64,000 bases of DNA, taken from assembly GCA_013265495.1 (NCBI GenBank), contig MU058836.1, positions 620,001 to 684,000 of the forward strand, read 5' to 3'. The stretch comes from Vicugna vicugna (Eukaryota). Of the stretch, positions 25,622 to 38,620 are shown in pieces. Every line of letters begins with the position of its first letter. Position 1 is the stretch's first letter. The position numbers and the translations under genes were made by a program. The notes beneath the pieces are model-generated. The model made no database searches, had not been told where the DNA came from, and was given only the letters and a program-made list of their open reading frames with translations.

Positions 25622-25714
25622 ATCCCCAGTACCTCCATCAAAAATAAATAAATAAACAAACCTAATTACCTCCCCCTCCAAAAAATAAAGGTTAAAAAAA
25701 TAAAAATAAAAAAT
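25622..25714 (+). mobile_element. 5'-truncated Vic-1-like SINE
   Basis: atccccagtacctcca...aaacctaattacctcccc + A tail; TSD aaaaagcattgcat / aaaaagcactgcat. Confidence 0.85.
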
Positions 25715-25967
25715 AAAAAGCACTGCATGTTTACCTTTTAAAATTTTGGAATACAAAAAACTACTGAAAGTATAAAGAAACTAGAAAGGAACTTAATTTC
25801 CATTTTTAACATGCCATAAAGCCTTCCAGTCTTCCCACAGACACACATATGTTCTTCTTCTTTGCTTTTTTGGATGATATCCGAATCATACGATACACAA
25901 TGTTTTGTGGCTTCCATGAACAATATATTGTGAACATTTCCTCTTTTCCACAAGTGGTTTTTGAGAA

Positions 25968-26325
25968 TGCTATGGACTGAATTCTGTTCCCCCGGTGTTC
26001 ATATGCTGAAGCCCTGACCCCCAGTGTGACTGTATTTGGAGTAAGGAAGTAATTATGGTTAAATGAGATTGTAAAGTGGGGCCCTAACCCAGTAGGATTA
26101 GCACCTTTATAAGAAGAGACAGTGGAGAGCTGGCTCAGTCTTGCTGCCTTGTGAGGACACAGCAAGAAGGCGGCTGTCTGCAACCTCAGAAGAGAGCCCT
26201 CACCAGAAATCGATCCCGCCTGACCTCGATCTGGGACTTCTAGCCTCCAGAATGATGAGAAAATAAATTTCCATTGTTTAAGCCACACTGTCTGGTATTT
26301 TGGTACGGCAGTCTGAGCTAATACA
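25968..26325 (+). mobile_element. MLT1A-like solo LTR inserted in an old L1 fragment (~25735-26480)
   Basis: TG...CA ends (tgctatggactgaa / gagctaataca), TSD gagaa/gagag, aataaatttccattgtttaagcc. Confidence 0.85.
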
Positions 26326-28524
26326 GAGAGTGTGGGTTTTTCAGAACTCCATCTGATGGAAATATCAGAATTTATTCAGCAAATTCCCTTACGCTGATTC
26401 TGCAAATTGCTCCCAAATTTGCAGTTTTCACATACGTCATCTTTCCAGGCTCTTTACCTTAGGACAGATTTTTAGAGGCAGAGCTGCTGGAAGAGCAATT
26501 GACTGTCCAGTTGGCCCTGGACTGTCCAGTTTTTGCCCAGAAACCCTCACATCCAGGGAAAGCCCTGAGTCTTGGCAAGTCGGGACAGGTGGTCACTACA
26601 TCCCTGGGTTGACAGCAATGCGCTTTCCACAGCCTTCCAACATGTACTGCTAGATCATCTACCAGACGTGGGCTAATTTCCTCATCTACCACAAAAGAGG
26701 TTTCCCCTCTGAGGTACAGAACCTGATCTGTAATTTACATTAACATGCTTCAGCACAGATAGGAGAGATACGAGGTGTAAATTAAAAGTAATCTATACCC
26801 TAGAAACGGTTAATTAATATGTGAAGTACCCTAATCATGAATCCATATTCCTGCAGTGGCTGGTTAGCATCTGAAAGACCCTAATCAAGAGCCTGCACTC
26901 CAACACCAGTGCCTGCGACAAGCACCGTGACAAGTGCTTGCTTTAAATACCACTATCTGAAGCTGCATATTGAGCTTATTAATTAGCATAAGGAATACCG
27001 AAATAATGTTTCATCAGTGAAGCACAAGCTATTCAAGAATCATTCTGCCTTGCGTTAACAGAATATTTTGAAAAATCTGGTATCAAAACCCGACAACCTT
27101 GGGAGTAATACTTTACGCCTTTGGAGTAACACTGTAAGTCAAGAATTCCATTTGACCCCATCATCCCTACATTGATGAGAGGACCACAGAGGTTTGGAAA
27201 TAGGGTGCATTTGGGTGTTATCACAATGACTGGGGGTAGTGGATGGGGGAGGAGGACGGCTAGCAGAATTCAGTGCCTGGGTCCAGGGTTGCTTGTTTGA
27301 AGACTGAATTTAAAGCTGGTCCATCAGTTAAACAAAATGGGCACATGCCCAAGTGCCTTAACCAAGGAGAACGCATAGGTAACACACTTTCACAGTCATC
27401 TGGCTCAGTTTTCAGTAAACAGGAGTATCAGACAGTTTTCCTTACACATTGTTTTAAATAAAACAGAACTTGCAAGCTTCATTTCCACTGCATTTCATAT
27501 TTCTTGGTGTATAAAAGCACTGAAAGGGACATTGATATGGCAAGACAAACTTTAAAGATACCCATTGTTGTGAACTGATGTAGGCCGATATGCCTGTCCA
27601 CTATGATCAGCTTCATTTTTGTTGAATATTTTGGTTTCCAGTGATTAGAGGTGCGTGAAGGTCTCCTCTAACCTCACTTTTGGGTGATGTGTTACAATGC
27701 AAGCAGGTCTTGGACCAAACTCAGCCACATATAACAACAACAAAATAATAAACAAACAAAACAAACCCAACACAGTAACAGAAAACAGACACAAAAAGTT
27801 GTCAATCTGTTTTGTAAGCCCACTGACGTGTGGACCCTGCCTCCCTGGGGTTCTCCAATCTAGAAAGCTCACTTTGAGGCAAAAATGCCACAAGGTTCTG
27901 CTCATTGGCTAGACTTCTTCCACATCCCTGGCATTTTGGGTACTGGACTTTCCTGGGCTTTGCAGGATATTTAACAACCCTGGAGGAGGTGATGCCGCCT
28001 TTGGCCATCCTCTTGTAAACTGCACAGGGTCCATTTGAAGGGCCTTGGGGCACAGCACGTAAAGGGACATGACTAGGGATACCGATCTTGACACCTCCCA
28101 CCCCTATGTTCTGAGTCAAGTGGAGACACCTACAGAGTCGATGACAAAGTCAGCAAAGGAAAATCCAAGTGGCCTCATTCCCTGCCCACAAGGAGACCGA
28201 GGACTTCACACAGCCTTGGCAGGGGTGGGGAGGTGATGACATGGGTTCATGACTTTACAGGAGGTCTGGAACAAGAGGATGTGAACCGGGATCAGGAGGC
28301 TCAGGGAGAGAAGGGGAGTCAGCATCTGGAGACTGCTGGGGTCCCCTGGTACCCAGAGTCTGCGAGCCTTCAGGGAGCTAAGCCAGCTCCTGGGAACCAT
28401 GGGTGATCCCCGCTGCATCACACAAGTGGAAGGGCCGTGGGAGCTGCTCCCCTCCTGAGGCTCTGATGTTCCAGCTGCCTGCAGTTGTCATGCATCACGC
28501 GTCTCAGCGGACCTTCACCCAGCA

Positions 28525-28710
28525 GATCACTTCACCTGCATATTACAGTCACTTGGAAATGTCTAAGATACCAGCACTCAGGCCCCTCATCCACAGATTC
28601 TGATTTAATTGGTTTGGGATTAGGTCCAGGTGTCTTTTTTTGTTTTGTTTTGTTTTTTTAATGTTCCCCAGGTAATTCTAATGGGCAGCCATGTTTTAAG
28701 AGACCCATAA
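28525..28710. mobile_element. MER5-like hAT-Charlie MITE
   Basis: cagattctgatttaattggtttggg...ccccaggtaattctaatgggcagcc. Confidence 0.7.
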
Positions 28711-28768
28711 TTTACTTTAAAATACCTCCATACAGACAGTGTGGTGTTACCACACCTTTGGATTAAGC

Positions 28769-28947
28769 CAGTAGTTCTTGACCTGGGCTGTATGCTGAAG
28801 TCACCTGGGGAGCTTTAAAAAACACCGATGCCTGGAAGCCACCTCCAAGAGAGGCTGACATACTTGGTGCACGTGCAGCCTCAGCATCAAGGGGTTTAAA
28901 AGTCCCTCCAGGTGACTCCAATAGATAGTCAACCATGAGAACCACTG
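28769..28947. mobile_element. MER5B-like MITE (179 bp)
   Basis: TIRs cagtagttct / agaaccactg; 8-bp TSD gattaagc / gatcaagg. Confidence 0.8.
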
Positions 28948-29264
28948 GATCAAGGTCTAGCCCAGAAACTGATTGCATATGTAAGTGTACAAAATTCAGG
29001 AGTGGTCAAATGTCCTTCTAATCTAGATCCTCGTTCCCAAGAGGAGGCTACCACATGACCTTCTATACCCTGCCTCAATCAAAAGCAAGTGTTTTGCAAA
29101 TTAGTATACTGGACATAAAAAAGTTTTTACGATGACTTTGACAAATGGTCTGTCACTGGTGAAATTACAATTACAGAATAAATATGTAGTGGCTAATAAT
29201 ATTTCAGAGACACTTCGTACCTTTGCATGAATAGGGTAAGAGAATTCAGTGAGGCTTATATCCT

Positions 29265-29312
29265 TTTTTTGAGGGGAGGGGTGGGAGGTAATTAGGTTTA
29301 TTTATTTATTCC
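29265..29312 (-). mobile_element. Vic-1-like SINE 3' tail fragment
   Basis: gggaggtaattaggtttatttattt preceded by poly(T). Confidence 0.7.
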
Positions 29313-29314
29313 TA

Positions 29315-29800
29315 GAGGATGGGTTAGCTGGGTCCCCTTCTCAGGCTTTCACAGGCTGGAATCCAGGTGTCATCTGGGGCCATGTTCTCATCTGTAACCT
29401 GGGGTCCTTCCAAGGTCATTCAGGTTGTTCGCAGAATTTGGTTTCTTGTAGCTGTAGGACTGAGGTCCCATTTTCTTGCTGGCTGTTGGCTGTTGACCAG
29501 GGGTCATTTCCAGCTCTGAGAGGCCACTCTCACATCCTAGCCACATGGGCCCCTCCACGGGCAGTTCACAACATGATTGTGATGCCAGATGATCTCCCTG
29601 ATGTTTCACCTTCTTTGAAGGGCTCACCAGATTAGGTCAGGTGCACCCAGGATGATCTGCGTTTTGACTCATTAGTAACCTAATCATGGGAGTGACCCTC
29701 CAACATAATCACAGGTCCCACTGAGATTGGGGGTGGAGGGAGATTATACAGGGTTCATCCACCAGGGGGCAGGAGTCTTGGGAGGCATCTACCTACCACA
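29315..29800 (-). mobile_element. MLT1 (E/F-like) LTR
   Basis: ttcttgtagctgtaggactgaggtccc; gattaggtcaggtgcacccaggatgatct; end acctaccaca. Confidence 0.8.
29759..29772 (+). promoter_or_regulatory. CTCF core motif candidate inside LTR
   Basis: CCACCAGGGGGCAG. Confidence 0.45.
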
Positions 29801-30867
29801 CCAGGGAACCTAACACTGACAAGTGTGTTCCCAGTGATCGTTGGCTGAAAGACACCAACACTCTTCAGCTCTCATTGTCCACAAAAATGAGCCTAAGACT
29901 TGTGCACGATCAGACTACAAGTCAGTTCATAACACCAGGATGGGAGACCACGGGTCAGACTTGCCAGGAGGCGTCACTGAGCCACACCCAAACTGCCTGG
30001 GTGAATCACTCTGCCTTTTCACTGACAAAGACATCGTAAGCCTCTTCCACCAAAAGGCAGGTGGGGTTTGACAGCCGGGGGAGTAAAAAGAAGCCTATTT
30101 GCTCAACGATCTACTCACTAAGTTTGAACTGCTTATTAAATGATGTATTCCCAAATTATACCAACTTTACCCATTTACTAAAGCTTACCCTAAAGAATAT
30201 TCTTCTTGAATATATTCAATAAATATTAATATTTTCTGCAGGATATAAAACTGACTAGCACTTCTCCCCTTCTAAGAAGCAAAGAATACTTGCTAAGTGA
30301 GCAAATAAATGGTATTTCCATTATCTATAATTTTGAGCACCTCCTGCCCCATGAGTCCAATTTAAATTCTCCCTTTGGCAGAAAGTATCAGAATGGTTGG
30401 GGACCTGGAATTCATACCCAGTTGAAGCATCTCTGTGAACTACAACAGGTTGGTTCACCCCTGAGGAGGTGTTCCTCTGACCCCAATTATTCTTTAATTT
30501 GTGTGAATCCTCCAATTATCTTCTTTTAGATTTTTACTCAAATTATCAGGATTATTCATTTATTCATTTTTTAAATGAATGTCTTTTGAGCACCAACCAT
30601 CTGTTAGGTTCTCAATATGGAGGTAACAGCTGTGGACCACAGAAATTTCCTCCTTCATGGAATTTTCATTATAGCAGAGACACAGATGTTCAAAAAAAAA
30701 TCCAAAAATTAATACATAATTACCAATTCTGATGACTATTAGGAAGGAAAAGAATAAGAGAAAAATAAAACCATATGGTTGTGACAGTTATAATAAACAT
30801 GGAGTGAAAATTGTGACTTTGGACATGTTCTCTTTTCTCCTGTCTCTACAAAGACTGATTAGGAAAA

Positions 30868-31560
30868 GATACCCAAGAAAATGAAATCACTATCTCAAAG
30901 AGATGCCTGCCTTCCTGTGTTCATTGCAGCATTACTCACAGCAGCCAAGACAGGGAAACAACCTAAGTGTCCATCAATGGATAAATGAATAAAGAAAACG
31001 TTATACACACACACACGCGCGCACGCGCGCATACACATACATATTATTGAGCCTTAAACAAGAAGGAAATCTTGCCACTTGTAACAACACAGATGGACAT
31101 TAAGGGCATTATACTAAGTGAAATAAGTTAGACAGAGAAAAGACAAATACTGTGATCTCACTTATATGTGGAATTTAAAAAAAGCTGAACTCATAGAACC
31201 AGAATAGAGTAGTGATTTCGTGGACAGCGGTGAGGGTGGTAGAAATGGGGAGATGTTTGCCAAAGCATACAAACTTCCAGTTATAAGATGAGCAAGTTCT
31301 GGGAGTGTAATGCACAGCATGGTGACTACGGTTAATGATACGCTATTACACACTTGAAAGTTGCTAAGAGGAGATCTTAAATATTTTCATCTCTACACAC
31401 ACACACACACAAATCTAATTATGTGAAGTGACAGATACGTTAAGTAACCTAATTGTAGTAACCATTTTGCAATATATACATACATCAAATCATCACATTG
31501 TATATCTTAAACTTACACAATGCTATATGTCAATTATACCTCAATGAAGCTGGGGGGAAA
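30868..31560 (+). mobile_element. L1 (L1MA-like) ORF2 end + 3'UTR
   Basis: gttcattgcagcatta...caacctaagtgtccatcaatggataaatg...aattatacctcaatgaagctgg; internal (CA)n. Confidence 0.9.
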
Positions 31561-32029
31561 GAAGGAAGAGACATCCACCTTCCCGGGAAATGCACAGGAC
31601 AATGTGGAACACGCCTTCTTACTTGAGGGATAAGGGATCCGCCTGATCAGACTTATTTCCGAGATAAAAAACAGGTCAGCTGTGTGACCATGACTTTCCA
31701 CTCACCTCATTTCAGCTGCAAAAGCTGAGCTCCATCAACTCCAAGGTCCCCACTCCTGATGCAACTTGCTCCATCAATCTTTGTTGTAAAGCCAGCTAAA
31801 CAAGAAGTACTTTTCCCACTTGTGGACAAAAAAAGGTAAAGAAATCTACTACGTTTATATTTAATGCCCGTTAAAATTGTGTCTGAAAGTCAGGAATACC
31901 TCCTATTTAAATATTTACCAAATACAGACAAATCCTAGGTCTTAAACTGAACAGTGTAATTTAGTTCAGTTTCATTCATTCTAAAATAAGGATTCTCCAC
32001 TGTAATTATCCAGGTAGAGTCAGTTACTC

Positions 32030-32290
32030 CCTAAAACCTTCCTTGATTCCCCCAGGCACGGTTATTAATAGTTATGTCCTTCTCTGTGCTCCCACAAGAC
32101 TTCCACTACAGCTCATTTTTGCATTGTACCATAAATATCTTGAGGTCTTTGGAATTATTTTCCTGGCGCTCTCATTCAACTGAGGCCCTTGAGGAAAACA
32201 GCTTGGTCTTATTCACTCGTGTATCCTTGGTACCTAGCAGAGTGCCAAGGTCATAGTAATAAAACTCAATAAAAGTTTGAGTGAATGAAC
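32030..32290 (+). mobile_element. L2 3' end
   Basis: tggtacctagcagagtgcc...ctcaataaaagtttgagtgaatgaa. Confidence 0.65.
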
Positions 32291-32329
32291 ACGAAGTATT
32301 GTGCAAATCTAATTTTATTATAACAAATG

Positions 32330-32830
32330 GAGAAGGGTGACATTTGACTCTTGACGTGGACCTTGAATGAGGAGACAGCCATGCAAAGATCTAGGAAGGA
32401 ATGGCATTTGAGGGAGAATTGCCAGGCCAAGGGTGTGAGGGGAGGAAAAAAGGTATGGGAAGAAGGCTACGGGGGATTGTGAAAGAAAGTGGAGAAGATG
32501 AGGTTAAAGCAGATAGGTAAGCACCAGACAGTGAGGCCCCTCATGGGTCAGGATGCAGAGTCTGCATGGTGTACTATGCACAATGGAATTTATTTTCAGC
32601 AGGATTATATAATTCATACTCTTAAAAGATTGTTCTGGCTACTGTTTGGAGACTAGATTATAGAGGTGCATGCTTGGGAGCAGGAAAACCCTGGAAGCCT
32701 ATTGCAGAAATCCAGGCAGGAGATGTGGCCATTCTAGATTAGCAGCCATTGAGGTGGACAGAAGTAGCTGGACTTAAGACATCCTTTGGATGTAGAGGCA
32801 ACAGGACTTGATAAGTTGGATATGGGCAGG
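32330..32830 (-). mobile_element. L2 fragment
   Basis: cagccatgcaaagatctagg; taaaagattgttctggct; tagaggcaacaggacttg. Confidence 0.7.
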
Positions 32831-33474
32831 GCTGCTGTTTCGCAGCTAAGTCCCTAGAGAACCCACCCAGTAACCAAAATATTGAAATATTTCCATGCTA
32901 GTTGGTAAACGGTCCCTGCCAAAATCCCCCAAGTAGTGCCCCACCCCCACCCCCCAATACCCCCAGACTTCCCCTCGAACCAAAAGCTAAGCTATCAATG
33001 CCTGGCATGGCAGAGACCCCTTAGACAGCTCTGCTCCCTGACTCTGTTCTGATTGGTCGGTCCCATGCCACACTGTTTGCTAAAGATCACAACTGGATTT
33101 AAAGCACAGGGAACAGAAAGGGATGAAGCACACCTACGCTTTTGGCTTAAGCTGTCGGATGGATACGCTGGTGCTGACTGACATGTGGAGGAACAGGTGA
33201 TGAACAAGTCCGGTGGGAGGGAAACAATGATTCTGTTCAACTTCATTACTCATGAAACATCCAAGTGGAAAGGGCTAAAGGCCAAGGGAAGGTTCCCAGT
33301 CACCACGCACACCGCAAACCACAATGCAACAACACTCAAGAATGATCAGGCTCTGAAGTAATCTTGAGGGTCATTTTATTGTGAATGAAACTCTAATGCT
33401 CTGGGTTCCACTAAAACCATGAAGGGCCTCTCAGCCTTGTAGAAATCCAGGCTCTTATGACCCATTTGGCTGGC

Positions 33475-34342
33475 TGGTAGTAGGCTGAACAGTGGCCACC
33501 CAGAGATATGAGGTCCTCATCCTGGTACCTGTAAAAACTACCTGATTTAGAAAAATGGTTTCTGCAGATGTGATTAGGTTAAGAATTCTGAGATGGGTAG
33601 ATTATCTCGGATTATCCCAGTGATCCGAAATGCAATTACATGTGCTATGGACTGAAATGTATTTCCCCCAAAATGCATATGTTGAAGCCTTAACATCCAA
33701 AGTGATTATATCTGGAGACTGGGCGTTTAAGAGGTAATTAAGGTTAAATGAGGTCATCAGAGTTGGGCCCTGGAAAAGAGGAAGCACTTTCTTTCTCTCT
33801 CTTTCTCTCCCTCCCTTTCCCGCCCACCCAGCTACAATGTGATGACACAGAGAGAAGGTGGCTGTCTGCAAGCCAGAAAGAGAACTCTAACCAGGAACAA
33901 AAGTGGCCAGCACCTTCACCTTGCCCTTCCCAGCCTCCAGAACAACGAGACACGAATTTCTGCTGTTTAAGCCTCCTGGTCGATGGTATTTTGCATGGTG
34001 ACCCAAGTAAACTAAACCAGTATGTGTTCATATAAGGGGGAGGCAGAGGAAGATTAGAAACAGACAGGAGAAAAGACGGCCATGTGAAGATGGAGCAGAG
34101 GCTGGAGAGATGTGGCCACCAGCCCAGGAACGCCAGCAGGCAGCAGACGCTGGAAGGGGCAGGAGAACAGATTCTCCCCCAGGACTTTCAGAGGGAAGCT
34201 GGCCCTGCTGACACTTTGATTTTGGCCCAGGGACACCGATTTCAGGCTTCAGGCCTACAGAACTGTGAGAGAGTATGTTTCTGCTGTTTTTAACCACCAC
34301 GTTTGGGGTAATTTGTTACAGCAGCCACAGGGAACCAATATA
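33475..34342 (+). mobile_element. MLT1 (C/D-like) LTR, host of a nested MLT1A-like LTR
   Basis: gcagatgtgattaggttaag...ggattatcccag; resumes at 34020 to gcagccacagggaaccaata. Confidence 0.85.
33643..34019 (+). mobile_element. Nested MLT1A-like LTR
   Basis: tgctatggactgaaatgtat start (as at 25968), CA end, flanks acatg/gtatg. Confidence 0.85.
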
Positions 34343-34406
34343 CCCACTAAGGGAGCCGGGAGGAAAAGTGGTGTTACGTCCCTCTCAAAGATGATAAGCC
34401 AGAGAT

Positions 34407-34609
34407 GTGGGGAGATGGTATAGCTCAAGTGGTAGGGTGCTTGCTTAGCATCCACAAGGTCCTGGGTTTAATTCCTAGTACCTCCTCTAAACAAATAAAT
34501 AAACAAGTAAACCTAATTACTTCCTGTTACAAAAATTAAAGAGAGAAAAAAAAGAGAAAATGAATATACATGCCTGGGTTCTAATAAAATTTTATTTAAA
34601 AAAAAAAAA
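34407..34609 (+). mobile_element. Vic-1-like SINE with extra 3' segment and second poly(A)
   Basis: A/B boxes and aaacctaattac; TSD gataagccagagat (34393-34406) / gaaaacccagagat (34610-34623). Confidence 0.85.
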
Positions 34610-34664
34610 GAAAACCCAGAGATAGGGATGTCTATGATGGTTTGTTTGTTTGTTTGGGGATTTT

Positions 34665-34830
34665 TTTCCCCTCTTCTTTCTTTTTTTTCCTTGGCTTTTT
34701 TAAAAAAAAATTATTTTTGGTGGGGAGGTAATTAGGTTTATTTATTTAATGGAGGTTCTGGGGATAGAACCCAGGACCTCGTGCATGCTAAGCACACACT
34801 CTGCCACTGAGCTGTATGTACCCTCCCCTC
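34665..34830 (-). mobile_element. Vic-1-like SINE
   Basis: gggaggtaattaggttta...gaacccaggacctcgtgcatgctaagc...ccactgagct. Confidence 0.9.
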
Positions 34831-34929
34831 ACCCTATTTATAATGTCTTGCCAAACCTTCATGACTTCTAGGGCAGCACACTTGCCCCACTCCTGCTTTC
34901 CCCAGTGGGATTAGTCCAAACAGCTTTCC

Positions 34930-35405
34930 CCAGGACTCCTTGACCAAACAAACTTTAGCCAGGCTCCTCAGAGCCTTCTTCTCAACTAGACGATGATCTT
35001 GGCCCCCATCCTGTCTTTGGTCTGCCTAGCCCAGTCTTAGCAAGAATCCTGCTATGTCCGTTCACTGAGAACCCTCCCATCCCAGACGTCTGATCACTCC
35101 TGATAGCTGATCAAGTCTCCCGTTCCCCACCTTTGATGTCCAAGTCCTTGGTCTTCAGCAAGAATCCTGTTAGGTCAGCTTAGCAGGAATCCTCCTAACC
35201 CTGGATGTCTCTTCTTGGTAATTTTTTATCTGCTGACCCCTTCAGCCTGCTCCTTGGCTATACATCCCCCTTTGTCCCTGCTGTATTCAGAGCTGAGCTT
35301 GATCTTTCTCCTCTATTACAATGGAGCTGACCCTTATTGTTAACAGTCTTGAATAAAGTCTTCCTTACCATTTTAACAAGTGTCAGAATAATTTTTTTCT
35401 TTAGC
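34930..35405 (+). mobile_element. ERV1 solo LTR (MER31-like)
   Basis: ctccttgaccaaac...tttagccaggctcctcagagcc; repeated agcaagaatcctg; gaataaagtcttccttacc. Confidence 0.8.
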
Positions 35406-37233
35406 AGAGGTGGCACCGCTGGTATATCAACTATTGGCTTCCAATCAAAAGTTAGAGAACTTTGAATAGCTCTCCCTTCCAAATATAAAGGTTGCTGCTG
35501 TCACTAAAAATGTTGCACAGGGTTAGGAAGAAAAGGAAATATCCCTGTTCTCTTTGGAGATACTTGTCTCTGAGTTGAAAAAATCATATGAAATGAAAAT
35601 CATAACTTTTGCATTGCAAAGAAGACATAGTGAACTCACTCTTTCATTTCATGTCTTTTCTTTCCCTCCCTCCTTCCCTCCCTGTTTTCCTTTTCTCTAT
35701 CCTTCCTTCCTTTCACTCACATATTCGTTCATTCCTTCATTCAGGAAGCATTTACGCAGCCCTGACTGTTTACAAGCCTACATGCTGTTATAAACTTGTA
35801 GACATTGTAGTCCTTGCCCTAAGAGAAGAAAAGAAACCACAGTAGGACTCATAATTGCTGCCATGCGTCTGTCACCATACTGGACATTTTCACGTGTATT
35901 GTCACATTCAATCCATCCATAGGACCAGAGAGATAGCTATTATTTTTCTTTGTTCCTTTTTCTAATAAATGATAAAGCTGAGTCTTAAAGAAACTGAGCA
36001 ACTTACTCAGACCATGCAGCTACTGAGTATTGGGGGTTGCTCTCAAAACCAGGTGTCAGACATGAAAATCTGTGCCCTTTTTTTCTCACCATGACATATA
36101 ACAAGACATACACCCAAATAACTACAATACAAGATAAAGGGAAATGACTTTGCCTTCCTGGAAGAAAATGGGTAAATGCTCTTAGAACTCAAAGAATTAT
36201 AAAATATAAAAAGAAAAAAAAATACTGTGTGTCTAGTATTTGCTAAGCATTTCACCTTGCATATCTATGTGCAAAATCTTTTCATTTTATTGTGGTAACA
36301 ACACTTAACATGACCTCTACCCTCTTGATAAATATTTAATCCAGCATTGCCGACGACAGGCACAGTGCTGTTCCGCGGAGCTCGGCAACTTACTCATCTT
36401 GCATAACTGGAGCCTTTTGCCCGTTGAACTGAAGCTCCCCTTCCCCCTTCCCTCTGCCCCTGGCAACCACCATCCTACTTCTCTGCATAATCTTGTTCAA
36501 GCCTTTCAACAACCCTGTGAAGAGAGACCTCCCACTTCCAGCAAGAAAGACTAGGGAAAGGTAATGCCAGTTCTGGGCTCTGGAGCATGAGGAGAGTGGA
36601 GCGTGCAGAACTAGAGAGAGGGCACGTTCAAAGGGAGGAAACAGGGTGCTCTAGGAAAGGGGAGGGCACGTTCATATAGCAGCTGCTGGTGGCAGTGGCT
36701 GGAGCAGAAAGAACACAAGGAAAAAAGGGCAGAGGGCTTCAAGGCCATGCTCAAGTATCTGGCCCTTGTTCGGTGAGCCATGGGAGCTCTTGACCTGGCG
36801 GCCAGAACTCAACTTCACGAAGTAAGTGGTGTGAGGGCTGAATTGAAGATGATGGGAGGGAAAACTCAGGGCTGACAGACCAGGTGGGAGGCTATTAAAT
36901 AACCTAATGAATGGTTTGTCTCCCAGGGCAGAGGCTCGGCCGGGAGGGACAGGAGAAGCGCACAGTGAGATGAAAGTACCCATCATTCTTCAAAAACAGC
37001 ATTAGGGGAGGGAAAAACCGTGGCTGACATGAACAGTTCTCTTCTGGAACAGAGGCAGCAGTGGGCCTACAATACTTTCATTTAAACTACATTTGTCCAT
37101 GTGAATTAAGCCCTTAGCACAATGATCACCAAAGGAAGTGCCCAGTGTTACTATTATTATTATTATTACTACAACTAGTACTAATGCTGCTAAATTTTCA
37201 CATTTCCCCAAATATACCCTTTTACAGGTTGAA

Positions 37234-37266
37234 AAAATAAATAAATAAATAAATAAATAAACAAAC
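37234..37266 (+). repeat. (AAAT)n microsatellite
   Basis: aaataaataaataaataaataaataaa. Confidence 0.9.
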
Positions 37267-37965
37267 TACATCTGTCCAGCGGCAAGGGTGGTAACTGGCC
37301 AGCAGTAAACTGCCCCTTATCTCTAGATCCAGGCCACTGGGCTCCTCTGCCCAGAGTCTAAATAATAAATATACTATGCTTCCAAAGAAAACAATGTCAT
37401 TGAATGAGGCAGAAATACCAGAAATAGGATGGCTTGATTTTTATGGACAGAGTTTCATAGGATATATCAGAACTCATCTGTTTCTTTCCCGGTGGACTGA
37501 GAGCTCAACCACCGGACCTTGGAAAGTCATTTGCTTCCTCTTTTTAGTACGATTTTAAAAATCAAAGTGTTTTTAGAATTGGAAAGACAAACCTAGGAAT
37601 GAAGCTTGCAGCAAAGAAAGGGGTGATCGATCTGTTTGAAGGACCAGAGTTCTGATAAGACTAAATGGGAACAGCTGGACACAGGCCCAGCGAAGGCTAC
37701 GGATGACACTGTGGTGGGGAGGGAACTAATGTACTGGTACCCATTTCTCTCCAAATGGGCTTGGTGTTGTGGACTGAACAATGAACAAGACAATCCCCAC
37801 CCTCACAGACATACAGAAAAATCCCCACATAGTGTGAGGGGAGTACCCATATGGGCGCAGGGGTTTGGGGAGCCAGGGGAGCTTCCCAGAGACCTGAGTA
37901 AATAGGCATCATACAAGGATGAGTATTATTTCTGTCTGCTGTCCTGCCTGGGTGATTTCCATTAT

Positions 37966-37980
37966 TCTATATGAAAAAGA

Positions 37981-38015
<35 letters not shown>

Positions 38016-38099
38016 TATATATAACTGAATCACCATGCTGTATACCAGAAACTAACACAACACTGTAAATCAACTAGACTTCAGTTAAATAAAAAAAAA
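37966..38099 (+). mobile_element. L1 3' tip with expanded (TA)n(CA)n
   Basis: ataactgaatcaccatgctgtataccagaaactaacacaacactgtaaatcaact + poly(A). Confidence 0.8.
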
Positions 38100-38145
38100 G
38101 GATGAAGACATCGGGTCTCCGTAATCAATGTCTCCTAAACTTCCA

Positions 38146-38620
38146 CATCACACTTCCCTGATTTCAAATTATATTACAAAAGTATAGTAATCAAAACAGT
38201 ATAGTACTGGCATTAAAACAGACATTTAAACCAATGGAACAGATCCAAGAACAAAGCAATAAATCTTTGCATATATGGTCAACTAATGTTTGACCAGGGA
38301 GCCAAGGACACTCAGTGGGGAAAGGATAATCTGGCCAATAAACAGTGCTGGGAAAACAGGATAATCACACGAAGAAGAATGAGATTGGACCCCTATCTTA
38401 CACCACTCACAAAATTTAACTTGAAATGGATGACACACTTAGAACATAAGACCTGAAACCATAAAACTCCTAAAAGAAAGCATAGGGGAAAGGCCCCTTG
38501 ACTTTGGTCTTGGCAATGATTTTTTTGGATTCGACGCCAAAAGCAAAGATAACAAAAGCAAAAATAAACAAGGGGGATTACATCAAATTTTAAAACTTCT
38601 GCGCAGCAAAAGAAACACAC
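38146..38620 (+). mobile_element. L1 ORF2 internal fragment (degenerate)
   Basis: Translates PDFKLYYKSIVIKTV*YWH*NRHLNQWNR, the L1 ORF2 post-RT motif, with stops. Confidence 0.9.

Noticed and set aside
32938..32965. C-run tract with G-quadruplex potential on the minus strand
   Set aside because: Common in mammalian DNA, with no nearby promoter context.
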